From Octopus vulgaris (Eukaryota), in NCBI GenBank assembly GCA_951406725.2, contig OX597817.1:63488001-63552000 (forward strand): a stretch of DNA of 64,000 nucleotides, in the 5' to 3' direction. The notes below the pieces were generated by a model. It was not told the DNA's origin and made no database searches. It saw nothing but the letters and a program-made list of their open reading frames with translations. Both the position numbers and the translations under genes were made by a program. Numbering within the stretch: the first letter of the stretch is position 1; every line of letters begins with the position of its first letter. Positions 12,699-27,751 of the stretch are shown here, piece by piece.

Positions 12699-12971
12699 CC
12701 GACGAGGCTATCAGATGTTGCTACACATCGCTGGTCACAATGCACTTCGCATTGTATTAGCCTTCAAATGACGCCACCCCGCTGGCTAAGCGAGCAGGCC
12801 AACAGAAGAAAGAGTGAGAGAAAGTTGTGGCGAAAGAGTACAGCAGGGGTCGCCACCACCCCCTGCCGGAGCCTCGTGGAGCTGTAGGTGTTTTTGCTCA
12901 ATAAACACACACAACGCCCGGTCTAGGAATCGAAACCGCGAGTCTGCTGCCCTAATCACTGGGCCATTGCG

Positions 12972-12974
<3 letters not shown>
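12699..12974 (-). mobile_element. tRNA-derived SINE family C
   Basis: Minus head AGGCGCAATGGCCCAGTGATTAGG...GGTTTCGATTCC. Body shared with 40885-41045 and 58270-58420. Confidence 0.8.
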
Positions 12975-13055
<81 letters not shown>

Positions 13056-13209
13056 GCATAGATAGATAGATAGGTAGACAGATAGATACATACATATAGT
13101 TGTATATATAGGTGTATCTAATATACGCATACATACATACATACATACATACATACATACATACATACATACATACATACATACATACATACATACATAC
13201 ATACATACA

Positions 13210-14300
13210 TGTTAATGTGATTGTTTTAAAATCATAAATGGTAAATGGAAATGCTACGTCAAACAGCTGAATTGAATAATTTAACATTCGTAATGATCCG
13301 TTGTATAATGAAGCTAAATAACAAATCAGTCCCCCAATAATTCACTCCACTTATTTCTTTAAAAACAACCCAACACTTCATTACGTTAAGAGTATTTCTA
13401 AAGGCTTTTATACAGATTATTCATATTTTCATTTACATTATTTTTATTCCTTTTGTGGTGGGGTTCAAATAATAATTACATAGAGATGATGACGTTATCA
13501 GGGTTTTTACGAAATATATTAAATTTGAAAATATCTCAATATCTAATTTGAAATTATTTTCACCGAATATTAGACATTGCTTTCGTACTTCATAAATTTC
13601 TTTTTCATTCCAGATTTCAACTATTGAAAAATAAATTGGTCTAAAATATGAAATACATAAAAATGCATGGATATTATATTAACTTTTCAAATAATTGCAT
13701 GTTTTTTGTAAAATTTACAATGTCTTTTGCCTTTTTGTGGAGATTCTATATTTTTCTGGAATATTTTTTTCTTTTTCTCTCTTAAGAAAATGTCATCTAA
13801 CGTTGTATCAAATTTTTCTGCTATATATGGATAACTTAAAATTGTAAGTTGGTTGGATTAACGTTCTGTGGGTGTTTCAACTGATAACATAAAAGTCGAA
13901 TATGGAAGTGTATATCATATCTAGCATTAAATTGTATAAGAGATTTGAATGTCTTTCAAAAGATAACGGAATTTATAAAAAGGAAAACAATTATCATACA
14001 TGTCATAATCATCTTCTCAACGCATTCTCTTGCACAAAATTTCTGTTGGCTTCAGGTAAATTAACGTAAACATTTTCCCACGGTACCTGCTTATTTCACA
14101 AGAATAAACCGTATTAGAAATGTGATTGCCAACACGAATTCATAGTGAAATTGGATTTGCAGATATTTTCACATTTCAACGATTATCAAATAACTCTGGA
14201 ATTCAATAAATAATATTCGAAAAATCTATAACTTATATGAAAACTGAAAAGAAAGTAAGCAAGTGAGACACTCTTTAACAAACCAGGGCATCATTAATTT
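13210..14300 (-). pseudogene. Decayed Fam20-like kinase paralog (longest contiguous copy)
   Basis: Minus-strand motifs in order: SCEIS..ENVYVNLP, LDMIYTSIFDFY (13924-13889), a frameshifted NPD/RHH (13505-13486), KAFRNT, NYSIQLF. Nucleotide similarity to 8100-8720, 27000-27340 and 29930-30490. Confidence 0.5.
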
Positions 14301-14708
14301 TCAGCTTCAATCGCAAAACTCAACACAAGTTGAATAGATAAATGTATGTATGAATATATATATACACACACGCACATGTAATCATTTGTGTCATTTTATG
14401 AATTTCTTTTTTATTTGAGGTAGTTATTATCATTATCAATATCGCAATTCTTGTTATTATTATATATTTTTGTATACTTTACTCTTGGAATGTTATTCCC
14501 AAAAGGGAATTTTACTATTTTTCTAAGAAGAGTATTATGTTACAAGCTGTAAAATAAAGTGTGAGGAGGTCGAATAAAGAAAAAATCTTCTGTGTCCATT
14601 CATAATATTTTGTCTAATTTTTCAATAATCATTCACAGAATTATAGCGTGGAACTGGGAGTAACACTTTCGTAAAGTTTATATGTATGCATGTAAATGTA
14701 TATATATA

Positions 14709-14775
<67 letters not shown>

Positions 14776-14788
14776 GTGTACATATATG

Positions 14789-15373
14789 TTCTTTTCTACT
14801 CTAGGCACAAGGCCCGAAATTTTGGAGGAGGGGCCAGTCGATTAGAGCGACCCATGTACGCAAATGGTACTTAATTTATCGACCCCGAAAGGATGAAAGG
14901 CAAAGTCGACCTCGGCGGAGTTTGAACTTAGAACGTAAAGACAGACGAAATAGCTATTTCTTCACCACCCACAAGGGGCTAAACACAGAGAGGACAAACA
15001 AGAACCGACAAAAACGGATTAAGTCAATTACATCGACTCCAGTGCGTAACTGGTGCTTAATTTATCGACCCCGAAAAGATGAAAGGCAAAGTCTACCTCG
15101 GCGGAGTTTGAACTCAGAACGTAACGGCAGACGAAATATCTATTTCTTTACTACCCACAAGGGGCCAAACACAGAGGGGACGAACAAGGACAGACAAACG
15201 GATTAAGTTAACCATATCGACACCAGTGCGTAACTGGTACTTATTTAATCGACCCCGAAAGGATGAAAGGCAAAGTCGACCTCGGCGGAAATTGAACTCA
15301 GAACATAACGGCAGACGAAATACGGCTACGCATTTCGCCCGGCGTGCTAACGTTTCTGCCACCTCGCCGCCTT
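14789..15373 (-). mobile_element. SINE family B with internal ~184-bp tandem amplification
   Basis: TCGACCCCGAAA recurs at 14879, 15065 and 15249; a single head at 15373 and a single tail at 14789. Confidence 0.85.
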
Positions 15374-15472
15374 ATGTGTACATATATATTATGTACAAAA
15401 TTCAATACGTATCACAAATCTTTAAACAAAAATTGACATATATTATATGCGTATAATATAGGAGCATCAGTA

Positions 15473-15688
15473 GGGCGGCGACCTGGCAGAATCATTAGCA
15501 CGTCGGGCAAAATGCTTGGCGGTATTTCGTCTGCCGTAACGTTCTGAGTTCAAATTCTGCCGCGGTCGACTTTGTCTTTCATCCTTTCGGGGTCGATAAA
15601 TTAAGTATCAGTTACGTACTTGGGTCGATCTAATCGACTGGCTCCCACCTCTAAAATTTCGGGCCTTGTGCCTAGAGGAGAAAAGAAT
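15473..15688 (+). mobile_element. SINE family B monomer, head-to-head with 14789-15373
   Basis: GGCGGCGACCTGGCAGAATC...GGCCTTGTGCCTAGAGGAGAAAAG. Confidence 0.85.
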
Positions 15689-17208
15689 ATAGGAGCATCC
15701 GTTTGATGTACAGTATCAAAAAATACATAAGTTATATATAGCATTCGTTGGAAATATGTGTTGTATTGTATTTGGATAAAAACAATATGAATTACAGTCG
15801 TATGAAAGAAAAAGTTATTGAACATACACGTATCGTACTCACATGCATATATATATATTTGTGTGTATATGGATGGTGTGTGTGTGTGAGTGTACATACA
15901 TATATAAAATGTAAAATACAAGATAGCACCTCTGAGAGGACTCGTAACAAAATAGTCTTGAAGAAAATAATATTATCTTGTATATCTATGGGTGTGAGTG
16001 TATTGTGGTTGTGTAAAAAATATAAAAAAAGAATAGGTGTGTAAAACGAAATATTTTCTGCTACATATAATATAAGAATATTATATTACAAATAGGTAAT
16101 ATAATAATATTCAGCAAGAACGTTGGGGAAAAGCTGTTCGTGCTAGAACAAATGAATTTGGACATTCGTTCAAAGTATACAATGCATGTAATAAAAGGGA
16201 CAACATTTCTGTGAAACAAAGGGAACAAATGAAATTTGATCGAAAACTACTATGAGTATTTATCTATGAGTCCATCCCTGTGTTAAAAAATATCAGTGGT
16301 GTTCGTGTCCTTTAGGATCCAAATACACATGGACAAGGCAGTATCATGTCTTCTTTCAGTTTATTTTCTTATGGTATGTGTGCATTGGAAATAATTTCCC
16401 TTACAGACATTTTCAAGGACAGTGATAAAGTATTTTGGAACATTGGTGCAGTCAAATGAAATTTTATTCCTAAAGATCAGCGTTTTCGAATGGTATTTAG
16501 CGTTAAGTGGGCAAAAAACAAAGCTGGTTTACAGAATAGTTAGTGTTAATGAATCCTTGGTTATGTTACCCTCGAGGAGTTGAGGTTTCACCCAAGGAAA
16601 GTAACCTGGTAACGCACACTCTGCAAATTCAAGCCGCAATCGGAACTAGGAAGGAGGCAAGCTAACAGGATCATTCCTGCGTCGAGCAAAATGCTTAGTG
16701 GTATTTATTCCGTCTCTTTACGGGCTCAGTTCAGCTAGGTTAGTCAGAGTCCTTTCGTCACCAATCGCAACCTCTTCAATGACATGCCTTCTCTGCTGCA
16801 GGTCTGCTCCAGGCCTGCTCCCTTGTCTGCCTCATAGTTTACAGATTTTATATTTATATTTATGAGAATGTGAGAATATCTGAGCAAGTGAGAGAGTGCA
16901 CGTATGGGCTGGGGCATGTGAAGATCTCTGTGCATACGTTTGTGCGTGTGTACATCTTTGTGGTATGATGTGGTTTCTGTTTATGTATATATTCATGAAT
17001 TTATTTTATGTTTAGTTTCTTTGTCTTTGTGAACGGATTGCGTGTTCATCTTTCATTTTAATAACTTTTATTCAAATAACTTCTTCATTAATATCACAAA
17101 GGAATACATAAATTCCTTATTTATTCTCTTGAGTTGAAGAGAGTCACATAATTGTAATTTCATCTGCAACAAAATAAATAGACAGGACTTGAGTGTCCCT
17201 ACAGACAT

Positions 17209-17288
<80 letters not shown>

Positions 17289-17742
17289 GCATGCACGCAC
17301 ACAATTAGACCATTCTGAAAAAACACTAATCGTAAAATAGATAAATAGATAAGTGCTTAACCCGTCACACCTATCGCAGAGGCCACCCCGTACATACACA
17401 CAGACACGCGCGGCTATTTCCACACACCTATACATCCACACGTTTTCTCTCATGCACTCAATAGAACCACATTATGCCAAAGAAGCGTGCAAAGATACAC
17501 ACACACACACACATACACACACACACACACACGCACACTCACACACACACATTTTCACTCACTCAGACACAGACGCAGACGCACTCTTTTTCTCCCTCTT
17601 TCAGGTATTTTCACTCACATCCCCATAAATATAAATAATCTGTGAACTAGGCAGAAACAGACAAAGCTGGAGCTGACCAGTTGTAGAGAAGCCATGTCAC
17701 TACTGAGGGAAAGACTGATTAACCAAGTTGATTGGTTGAGCG

Positions 17743-17844
<102 letters not shown>

Positions 17845-17890
17845 TCTGGTAGTGGTAATAATGATGATGATGATGATAATGATGATGATG

Positions 17891-17953
<63 letters not shown>

Positions 17954-17954
<1 letters not shown>

Positions 17955-19237
17955 GTTACAATATCCTTAACTGGACACGAAATGAACTGACCAAAATAGA
18001 TAGGAAAACAAGAAAAATAATGACAGGATCTAGGATGCATCACCCAAAATCTGACATAGAAAGACTATATATACAACGTATAGAAGGTGGTAGAGGCCTT
18101 ATACAGCTGGAAAACTACTATAAAATAACCACCATAGGACTGCAAAAATATCTACTTCAGAAGGAAGGAAAACTGATACAAATAGCGGCAAAACACGAGC
18201 AAAATAAAAAACTGTTCTCAGTATTTAAGGAAGCTGACAAATACAAACAAGAAATCATACCACCTAATAAATATGAAGAAGAAGAAGAAGAAGAAGAAGA
18301 TGAAGAAACAACAGAAGCTATAAAACAAATGAAATCCAAACTAAAAATAGAATAGCAACGAACCATGATAAAACGATGGCAAGAAAAGCCCCTTCATGGT
18401 AAATACTGCACTAAACTAAACGCAAAAGAAATAGACAAAGAAAAATCCCAGCAATGTTTGAGAAGCTCAGGACTCAAAGCAGAAACAGAGGAATTTTTAA
18501 TTGCAGCACAAGACCAAAGCCTCCCCACCAGAAATTACCAAAAACATGTAATGAAAAGAAATATTACAAGTAACTGCAGAATATGTGGAGATGGACAAGA
18601 AACAATAAATCATATTATCTCTAGCTGCCCAGTCCTGGCTAAGAAGGAATATATTCACAGACATGACAGAGTTGGAACCTACATACATTGGAAGCTATGC
18701 CAACATTATGGAATAACAACAGAAAAAAGATGGTATAAGCACACACCAGAAAAGGTCACAGAAAACGAGAAAGCAACCATACTCTGGGATATGCCGATAC
18801 ACACAGATAGAGAAATTAAGGCCAACAGACCAGATATAGTTGTCAGAGATCATGAAGAAAAAAAAATGCTTTCTAATTGATGTATCAATACCGGCGGATG
18901 ACAACGTGTCTCTAAAAGAAATGGAGAAACTCAAAATACAAAGACCTGGAAATAGAGGTAACTAGAATGTGGAATCTGAAAACAGAAACAATTCCTATCA
19001 TAGTAGGTGCATTAGGCATGATAAAAAAATATTCAGACAAATACATAACAAAAACACCAGGACTTACAAACACATATAACATACAGAAAATTGCACTACT
19101 AGGCACTGCACACATCCTACGCAGAACACTTTCCATACAATAACCATCAGAGCATCACAACAAATCACAGCACATACCCAAGGCACACAGAGCTGCGCTC
19201 GGTAGTGAAGTGAAAGCACGCTATAAAAATAAAACTA

Positions 19238-19240
<3 letters not shown>
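17954..19240 (+). mobile_element. 5'-truncated Dong/R4-like RLE retrotransposon inserted in (TAA)n
   Basis: WTRNELTKIDRKTRK..RLYIQRIEGGRGL (RT thumb), KPLHG, IAAQDQ, CRIC..ETINHIISSC, RHD, RPDIV..IDVSIP, PIIVGALG, IQKIALLGTAHILR. One stop and two frameshifts. (TAA)n on both sides. Confidence 0.92.
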
Positions 19241-19332
<92 letters not shown>

Positions 19333-19449
19333 TAATAATAATAGTAATAATGATGATGATGATGATGATCATGATGATGATGATCATGATGATAATAATA
19401 ATAAAAGAGGTAAAATAGAACCAACGTGTGCGTTTATTATTGGCATAAG

Positions 19450-19900
19450 AACCCTCTAACGTTACAGCAAAATTTGTTTGCAAAAAAACTCTTCATGGCT
19501 GCAAGCAGTTAAGGTATGGATGACAGTCATTCAACCGCAGTTTTAATGAAACTATGTCAGCGAACAAATCGGAGTTAGTGTGACGAAAAATTTGACACGA
19601 AGTAATAAATGTTTAAGTGAAGTGAAAAGTTGAAAAGTGCTTGTTTTTTTTATATTTTATGTTTTCGAATGGCTAATGTATTTTCCACGATGTAATTGCT
19701 TTAGTTTCAACGCACGGTCTCAGATCAAATCAATTTTCAGACGTATATGTCTCTTTACAGTTGCCATTTTGCAAATTACAATGGCTAGACGAAGTCGGAA
19801 AATTACTAACATTAGAATATACATGCGTTCTGCAAGCAACATTACCCAATAGCTGTATCTTTGGGTGAATTTGGTTAATATTTCGAGTCCACTTCAAGTG
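19450..19900 (+). pseudogene. Decayed Fam20-like kinase fragment
   Basis: AVKVWM, FYVFEWLM (ORF 19637) and LQWLDEVGK (19776-19802) follow the order of Fam20 'GSVTLWL..VFDYL..IHLDNG'. By-eye only. Confidence 0.3.
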
Positions 19901-20959
19901 TTTCGTTGTTTACTTTTACCATTACACATGTGACCAGAACATCCAGAAATATTACATGTCTTAGACCAGTCAGGGGCAAACCGCAGAAGTTTCTGAATAA
20001 CAAGACGACGTACAATTGCCTTAAATTTTTCTAGATGTGCGAGCCGTCTGATAAGCCGTATTTCATGCAGTTGGCTTCTCGAAAAAGGTTGTCCATATCT
20101 GTCATAGACTATGCTCTATCTACACTTACTTAACGTCATAAAAAGGGAGCTAATCACTCAGTCTTAAGAGTCATTTGAAGACTTGGGGTGTCTTCAAATT
20201 TCACATTACATATTACCATATTAGCATTTCCTTCACATTTAGAGACACACATGCATACACTCATATATGCATAAATTCATAAATGCGCATATTCGTAAAT
20301 ATAAAAGCATGCATGCATGCATAGATACATACATACATACATACATACATACATACATACATACATACATACATACATACATACATACATACATACATAC
20401 ATGATAGTTGCAACATGATTCGGAGTAATATCATCATTTGATTGTTCTCTTAAAGCAGCACAGAATTGTCTTTTCAGTTCGCCAAGGACGCACATCCTTT
20501 TACACAGATGTGGAAACGATCGGTGCTCGATGCAGCGGGTGTTCAAAGAGTTACCACCCATATTCACATATACCTTTATTCCATCATAGAATTTTTTATA
20601 AAGTGTTTTGCCACTTTTGGTCACGGTTTGCTTTCGTATGCAACTTATAATAGAAATGCTAGAAATCAAGCTTGAAGCATTTTAAAGTGAGGAAAGCCTT
20701 ACACAAATCTAATCCCACGCTCTAAACAGCTTATGCATTTGCCTTAAAAGACTTGTCTACATCACTGGATGTAAACAAAATATGCATGAGTTTCCAAAGA
20801 TTTTCCATCTGAGATATTTTAGGTGACCACAGCCAAGTTTGTGCATCAACAACTCAGCCAACACACCAACCCAAACCACATATTTCCAAATACCGGGAAC
20901 TTTCTTAACTAAAAAAATATTGCCACTTTGTTTGCGACCGGCTTGAACTCTCCTAAGAA

Positions 20960-21475
20960 CTTAAATAAAACTCAGAATTTAAAAAAAAATACATACATAT
21001 TGAGAAATCAGCCGGTACTCTCTCTAGATTACAAGTTCATGTTTATACCTGTAATTACAGGGGAACTGGAATATGTAACACACTTCCTAAATACCAATCT
21101 TGAGAAATTAGGCTTCGCAATTAGGCAGGAAAGCGAAAGCTGATTCGAAGACTACAGATCCAATCCATCACTGGAACTGTAAAATTTTGTAAAACTTTCC
21201 AAAACTTTATCATTTAAGTACATATGTGATTGTCTAGATATGCAACTACATGCAGAAAACATACATAAAACAAAACATACAAATCTGCACACATACATAC
21301 ATACATACATACATACATACATACATACATACATACATACATACATACATACATACATACATACAAAAATACCCTCTTGATGTTGTTGAAATTCCAATGA
21401 AAGAGCCTTGGATCTAGATTAGAAACCGACTCTTTCTCTATTGGCAAGGAATCTGGAAAAAAAACTGAATAATGA
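20960..21475 (+). mobile_element. Second, shorter copy of the (CATA)n-associated RLE retrotransposon
   Basis: Aligns with 5700-6222 (LRNQ..YKFMFIPVITGELEY..NLEKLGF), with the same internal (CATA)n and AAACTGAATAATGA end. Confidence 0.85.
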
Positions 21476-21501
21476 CATACATACATACATGCATGCATAC
21501 A

Positions 21502-21533
<32 letters not shown>

Positions 21534-22145
21534 CACATGCATGCATACATACATACATGCATACATGCATACATACATACATACATACATACATACATAC
21601 ATACATACATACATACATACATACATACATACATGCATGCATACATACATACATACACACACATACATACATACATGCATGCATGCATGCATATATACAT
21701 ACATACATACATACATACATGCATGCATACATACATACGTACATACATACACACACACCTACACACATGCATGCATACATACACACATGCATGCATACAT
21801 ACATACATACATACATGCATACATACATACATGCATGCATACATATATACGTACATGCATGCATACATATATACATACATACATGCATGCATACATACAT
21901 ACATACATACATACACACACACATACATACATACATTCATGCATGCATACATACATACATGCATACATACATACATATATACATGCATACATACATACAT
22001 ACATACATACATACATACATACATACATACATACATACATCAATACATACATACATATATGCATGCATACATACATACATACACACACACATACATACAT
22101 ACATACATACATACATCAATACATACATGCATGCATGTATGCATA
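21476..22145. repeat. ~670-bp degenerate (CATA/CATG)n microsatellite
   Basis: Direct reading; source of the 200-250 aa HTYI/MYVC pseudo-ORFs. Confidence 0.95.
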
Positions 22146-22311
22146 GGACAATTCTATAAGTTTAGTTACCATGGAAATGAAGTATCTAAATGAAGAGATA
22201 TAAACTGCTGTCATTTGGGTTGTGACGAATATTTGATGGAGTTGAAGTAAAGGGCAATGCTATGGGAGGGATTTGGAAAGTGATGGAGGAAATTTGAGTA
22301 GGGAGAAAGGA

Positions 22312-22393
<82 letters not shown>

Positions 22394-22725
22394 TGACTTG
22401 CGGTATAGTCAGAAGTCTAGACTGGAAGATGGAATGTGTGGGGTTTTAAGAATATTTTTAGGAAGGTAGGACCAATGTTTCAAAGCATGACAAAAGGAAA
22501 GGATGAAGATTAATTAGAGGGATGTCAGACCGAAAATTAGAGAGAGAAGGAAACAAAGAACATCATACATAGAAAACCTATTTGTGTATAAAGGCATTCA
22601 TAAAAAACTAAGTTAGAATTGACCGAATTATTTGGCAAGTAATAGTAAATACGCACACATACATACACACACACATGCATATGTTTATCCTTACTTACAG
22701 GCGTAAATACTCATATATACAGATG

Positions 22726-23375
22726 TACCAGGGAGATACCGAAAAGAAACTGGAATTCCACAACATTAAAAGGTTCGGATCAACTTCCAACTGTTCTTTC
22801 AGTTCACAACACGCATTCAATCGTGACTGCTTTTGATCTTCCATGAACAAGCAAGGCACAAATTTTGCTGTAACTCGTTTCGTTCGCAATTCCTCGTTCA
22901 ATATTCGTTCACAATTGTTCGGTTACGGTCCTTCAGGATCAGTTCATGAATTTTCGTGATGTCTTCATTTGTTCGGAAGGTCGACGGTCACCCTGAATGA
23001 GTTTGATCTTCAAACAAGTGGCCATTCCTAAAGCGTGGAAACCACCCGTAAACTTGTGTTTTGCTCATGGCAGCGGCCTTGTAAGATATTTGAAGAATGA
23101 CAATTATTTCGGCCGCCTTTTTCCTCAGCAGAAAACAGAATTTCACAGAAGCTTGCTGTCCCTTCGTTTCAGCCATCGCAAAAATCGACGAAGCGGGAAA
23201 AGCACAGCAAAACAAAGATGCACGACGTGGCAGTACGACTCCACTCGACGATGCTGGTCGGCATACTGATGTCTGAGGGTCGCATCAAGTGGCTTCTAAC
23301 GGTGGAAGCCTGAACTACAATGGGCTTGTCCCACAGAGAACGTTTCCCGGTTACTCTTGGGTAACCCCTCACATA
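22726..23375 (-). mobile_element. Internally deleted mariner of a second family (irritans-like N-terminus)
   Basis: MAETKGQQASVKFCFLL..MSKTQVYGWF.RFRNG..RVTAKFVPCL. Imperfect TIRs TACCAGGGAGATACCGAAAAGAAACTGGAA / TTCCCGGTTACTCTTGGGTAACCCCTCACA. Catalytic domain absent. Confidence 0.85.
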
Positions 23376-23434
23376 CGTAAACGCAGTTCTTAAGATTGGA
23401 GGAACATACACTAATTCATATGTGTATCTATCTG

Positions 23435-23533
<99 letters not shown>

Positions 23534-23622
23534 GCTTGTCAGTCTGTTTGCCTCTCTGCCTATGCATATGTGTATGTATATATCTGCGTGAATTTGTATG
23601 TGTGTATGTGTGTGTGTATATA

Positions 23623-23696
<74 letters not shown>

Positions 23697-25489
23697 TGTA
23701 TGTATGTATGTATGTATGTATGTATGTATGTAGCGGGCACATGAAAGCAGTGTTGTGAATTAATCATACATTTTGATAAGTTCAAGTATATTTGAAGTAT
23801 ATTGACCTGTAAAAAAGCCGTTTCCACAGCAAATTGCCATGGAGAAACTTCTCGGTTTAGGCAATTGGTGTCAAAACACCAACAGTTATTTCACGACGCC
23901 CTCTGGTGGAACGATGAATCTATTTCATGCTGAATGACTATCATCAGTGTTACCTTCTTACAAATACATGACACATAAAATATACTAAATGAAAGAAAAT
24001 AAGTAAAATGAAATTATAATTTCATATGATTCTGCTCTGCGCGGCAGAAACATATGAACTTGATTTTATATTCATAATTTTCAGTGCAGAAATTCTCAGA
24101 TCAGACATAATGTGTGAAAACAGCAACAGCGTACAGATGGTGACAAGTGATTGTCTGTGGTCTTAAGAACTTCTTGGGAGAGAGTAAATAAATTAAAGAC
24201 AAGTTGACGGAGCTAGTCTTCGCCTGTGTTCATAAATTCATAGTTGTATAAATTATTGGTGTGACAACAGGATACTCATTAATACGCCTGAATCTTCAAA
24301 GAATGAAAGTTGTGGCATGGTTTCCAATGAGACAACTGATCATTATTTCTACACACGCCAGCTTAATTCAATTCATCCTTAGTCGAAAGACACCTGTTGT
24401 TATGTCCTGTTATTATTTTTATTGTATTTGTGTAACACTGTCCGTTTTTTACCGTCCTTGTTTTTGTATACATTCGCTGCTTTCTTCCAAGGAATCTAAT
24501 GCTCTTAGCTTAGTTTTTCCCTGGGGCTGGCCAGATTGGAGCTATCTCAAGTATAATCAGCCGAAATTGCGAAGATAATCTGGTACTTGACTGAGGAAAG
24601 AAAATTTTGAATGACCCGTCTCCGTCCTTTTTTTCTTTGTATCGTCTATCTGGATGTTTTGTTGTTCCATTTTGTATTATATATACGTATGTAAAAGCTT
24701 ATTGTTGATAAAGACTGCGTAGCATCTACATGGATCTTTTCTGTTTTGCTGCCAATTTTCAATCTCTTCAATTTCTGTTCGAATTGATTTCATATTCGGT
24801 GTAATGATGTAGTTTTATATGCTAATCAATGCTATGATATTAATATTCGCCATAAAATCAATAAATAAAAAATTAGCTTTCAAATTTTGCAAATTTTGGG
24901 TAATTTTAGCCAATAGTAAGCCACAAACACATTCATGCCTGTTTCCATAGTAACACACCAAACACGAGAAATCTTTTGTCTTCTATATAGCACGTGTTGA
25001 TTAATATATTCTATGCGAAAGCATGTGCATCGACGCTGTGTTCTGCTGCCTGTGCTCATCTGCTGCTTGTACCTTGGTCGAGAGATTTGCTAAAGACAAC
25101 AGCGAAATAAGCCTTAAATAATGCACCACTACCAATTTATTTCATAATTGTATAAATTCCCGCGTGTAGAATACAAATACGCGAAAAATTAGAAAATTAG
25201 AAAAATCGAAAAGTTATCAGGGGTTACATGTCATGCGTAACACAGAGGTTGATTTATGTACAGTTTTCATATTAAAACACGCCATGCACAAAATGACGGC
25301 TTCCAAATCCTGTTTTCTGAAAGTAAAAGCTATCAAACCTTAAAACACTATAATTTTAAAAAAAACAAATTCTGGAAAAAGTGAAATGTCTCCAGAGATT
25401 CAACTTGAAAAACTACATTAGTACACAAAATCTTAAAATTTTCCAAAAATTTTGAAATTTCCGCAGCTGCAGTCAAACAGATAAGAGCT

Positions 25490-25580
<91 letters not shown>

Positions 25581-25949
25581 CACTCTCACTCTGTCTTTGT
25601 CTCTGTCTGTCTGTCTCTCTCTTTCTGGCACACACACTCTGCTACCGAATGGTGCCTGGTCAACGTACATTGAAACTTCCAAACAGATACATACATACAT
25701 ACATACATACATACATACATACATACATACATACATACATACATACATACATACGTACAACCATACGTATATATATATATATATATATATATTCACGCAC
25801 ACTTGTTTACATGTATGTGCCTATTCTTATACACATAGATGTAAAAGTATCTATGTACAGAAATGTGTTTAAGTGTGTGTGTGAACGTCTAAACCCATCA
25901 AGCTGTGGATATAGACATTTGTTAACGTGCCTATGTATACATACATACG

Positions 25950-26026
<77 letters not shown>

Positions 26027-26319
26027 GTATGTATTCATATATATTGTTTGTCTCCACTGTCCTGCTTTTATTCCCAACTTTGACCCACCATAAGTCCCAA
26101 ATTTTATTTTGGCACGTATGGGAGCGATTGTCTTCGAAGACTCATATTGTCGTTCAATGCTCGAATTGAGGAGTAGGTAGACAGCCGACAACTGACGAAG
26201 GATCATTTTTTATGTTACTTGTCCTGTTTTCCATTTGTTTCTCTCGTTGTTTTTGGGTATTGAACTCATTTGCTTTCGTAGTTCATGATTACTGTTTGGC
26301 GATGTCCTGTTCCTTGTTT

Positions 26320-26468
26320 CTCTCCTTTTTTTCTGTGTATCTTTCTGTCGAAGAGCGTAGGCTCGAAACATAAAAGACGTTTTCTATTCCTGAGCGCTAT
26401 ACTAATACATTTGTTTGTTTGTACTCCACCTGCCTTCGTCTTTTGTTTATTTTCGTAAACTTTCCCTT
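26320..26468 (+). mobile_element. Penelope-like terminal fragment with hammerhead-like motif (26340-26377)
   Basis: TCTTT-CTGTCGAA-GAGC-GTAG-GCTC-GAAACATA-AAAGA, then CCTGAGCGCTATACTAATAC..CACCTGCCTTCGTC. Confidence 0.65.
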
Positions 26469-26549
<81 letters not shown>

Positions 26550-26563
26550 ATATATATATATAA

Positions 26564-26716
<153 letters not shown>

Positions 26717-26790
26717 AACATATATGCATGTATATATATTATTGATATCGTTTGATTGAACACCAATATATATATATATATATATATATT

Positions 26791-26957
26791 CGACGGGCCT
26801 CTTTCACTTTCCGTCTATCAAATCCACTAACAAGTCTTTGTTTGGCCCTGTATTAGGAGATACTTGCCCATGGTACCATGCAGTGGGAGAGTGGGAGAGA
26901 ACCCAGAGCCAAGTGGTTGGGAAGCAAGCTTCTTACCACACACCCACGCCTTCGCCT
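26791..26957 (-). mobile_element. SINE family A, 5' half
   Basis: Aligns with 45414-45580. Confidence 0.75.
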
Positions 26958-26958
26958 A

Positions 26959-26999
<41 letters not shown>

Positions 27000-27000
<1 letters not shown>

Positions 27001-27340
27001 TTGCCAAATAGTTGAATAGAATTATTTACTTTTCGAATTTGTCTGTTGCAGAATGACTCTAAATATGGTATCAATCCTAGCAATAACAACAGGCAAATCT
27101 TTTCAACTAATTTCTTAAAAGAAACTAACAATCGATTCATTAATTTACTAGTATTTCTAAAAGCTTTTATTGCAGCAAATTCATATTTTACCTTTTAGGT
27201 TTTTTCTCTTTTTCGTGAGGAATTGGATGGGTTAGATAAAAATTTACTTCAAGCTGTTGATAGTATCATGTTTTGCCAAACGTATTGCACTCAACTATAT
27301 TTCAATTCCTAATTGGAAATAGTTTTTTTTTATCAAATAT
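27000..27340 (-). pseudogene. Decayed Fam20-like paralog, C-terminal part
   Basis: Homologous to 13250-13560: IKAFRNT and NNSIQLF here, IKAFRNT and NYSIQLF there. Confidence 0.45.
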
Positions 27341-27518
27341 TCAGGATATTTTCTGTATTTCAGGAATTTCCTGCAGTTTCATTTTCACTAATTAAAAAAA
27401 AAAAATTAATTTGAAAGATGGATTAATTAAAAAGTATAAATTTCATAATTCCTATAAACATATTTATTAGTATTTGAGTTTACAGTGTTTCTCAGTTCTC
27501 TTTTTACCTTGCTCTACG

Positions 27519-27720
27519 TCTCCTCCACCTCCACCTCCTCCTCCACCTCCACCTCCTCCTCCACCTCCACCTCCTCCTCCACCTTCACCTCCTCCTCCTC
27601 CTCCTCCTCCTCCTCCTCCTCCTCCTCCTCCTCCACCTCCACCTCCTCCTCCTCCACCACCACCTCCTCCTCCTCCTCCTCCACATCCTCCTCCTCCTCC
27701 ACATCTCCATTCTCCTTCCT
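27519..27720. repeat. (CCT/CCA)n trinucleotide microsatellite
   Basis: Direct reading; explains the poly-P/S/E ORFs. Confidence 0.95.
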
Positions 27721-27751
27721 CTTGTTATTGTTGTTGTTATTTCTTTTAGCA

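Noticed and set aside
8100-14300. Kinase-like copies rescued by A-to-I RNA editing or splicing
   Set aside because: Numerous copy-specific frameshifts cannot be repaired by editing, and no consistent splice sites were seen.
21214-22193. 200-250 aa ORFs (MYVC/HTYI repeats)
   Set aside because: Translations of (CATA/CATG)n, open in several frames on both strands. The same applies to all YIYI, CVCV, HTHT and YLSI ORFs.
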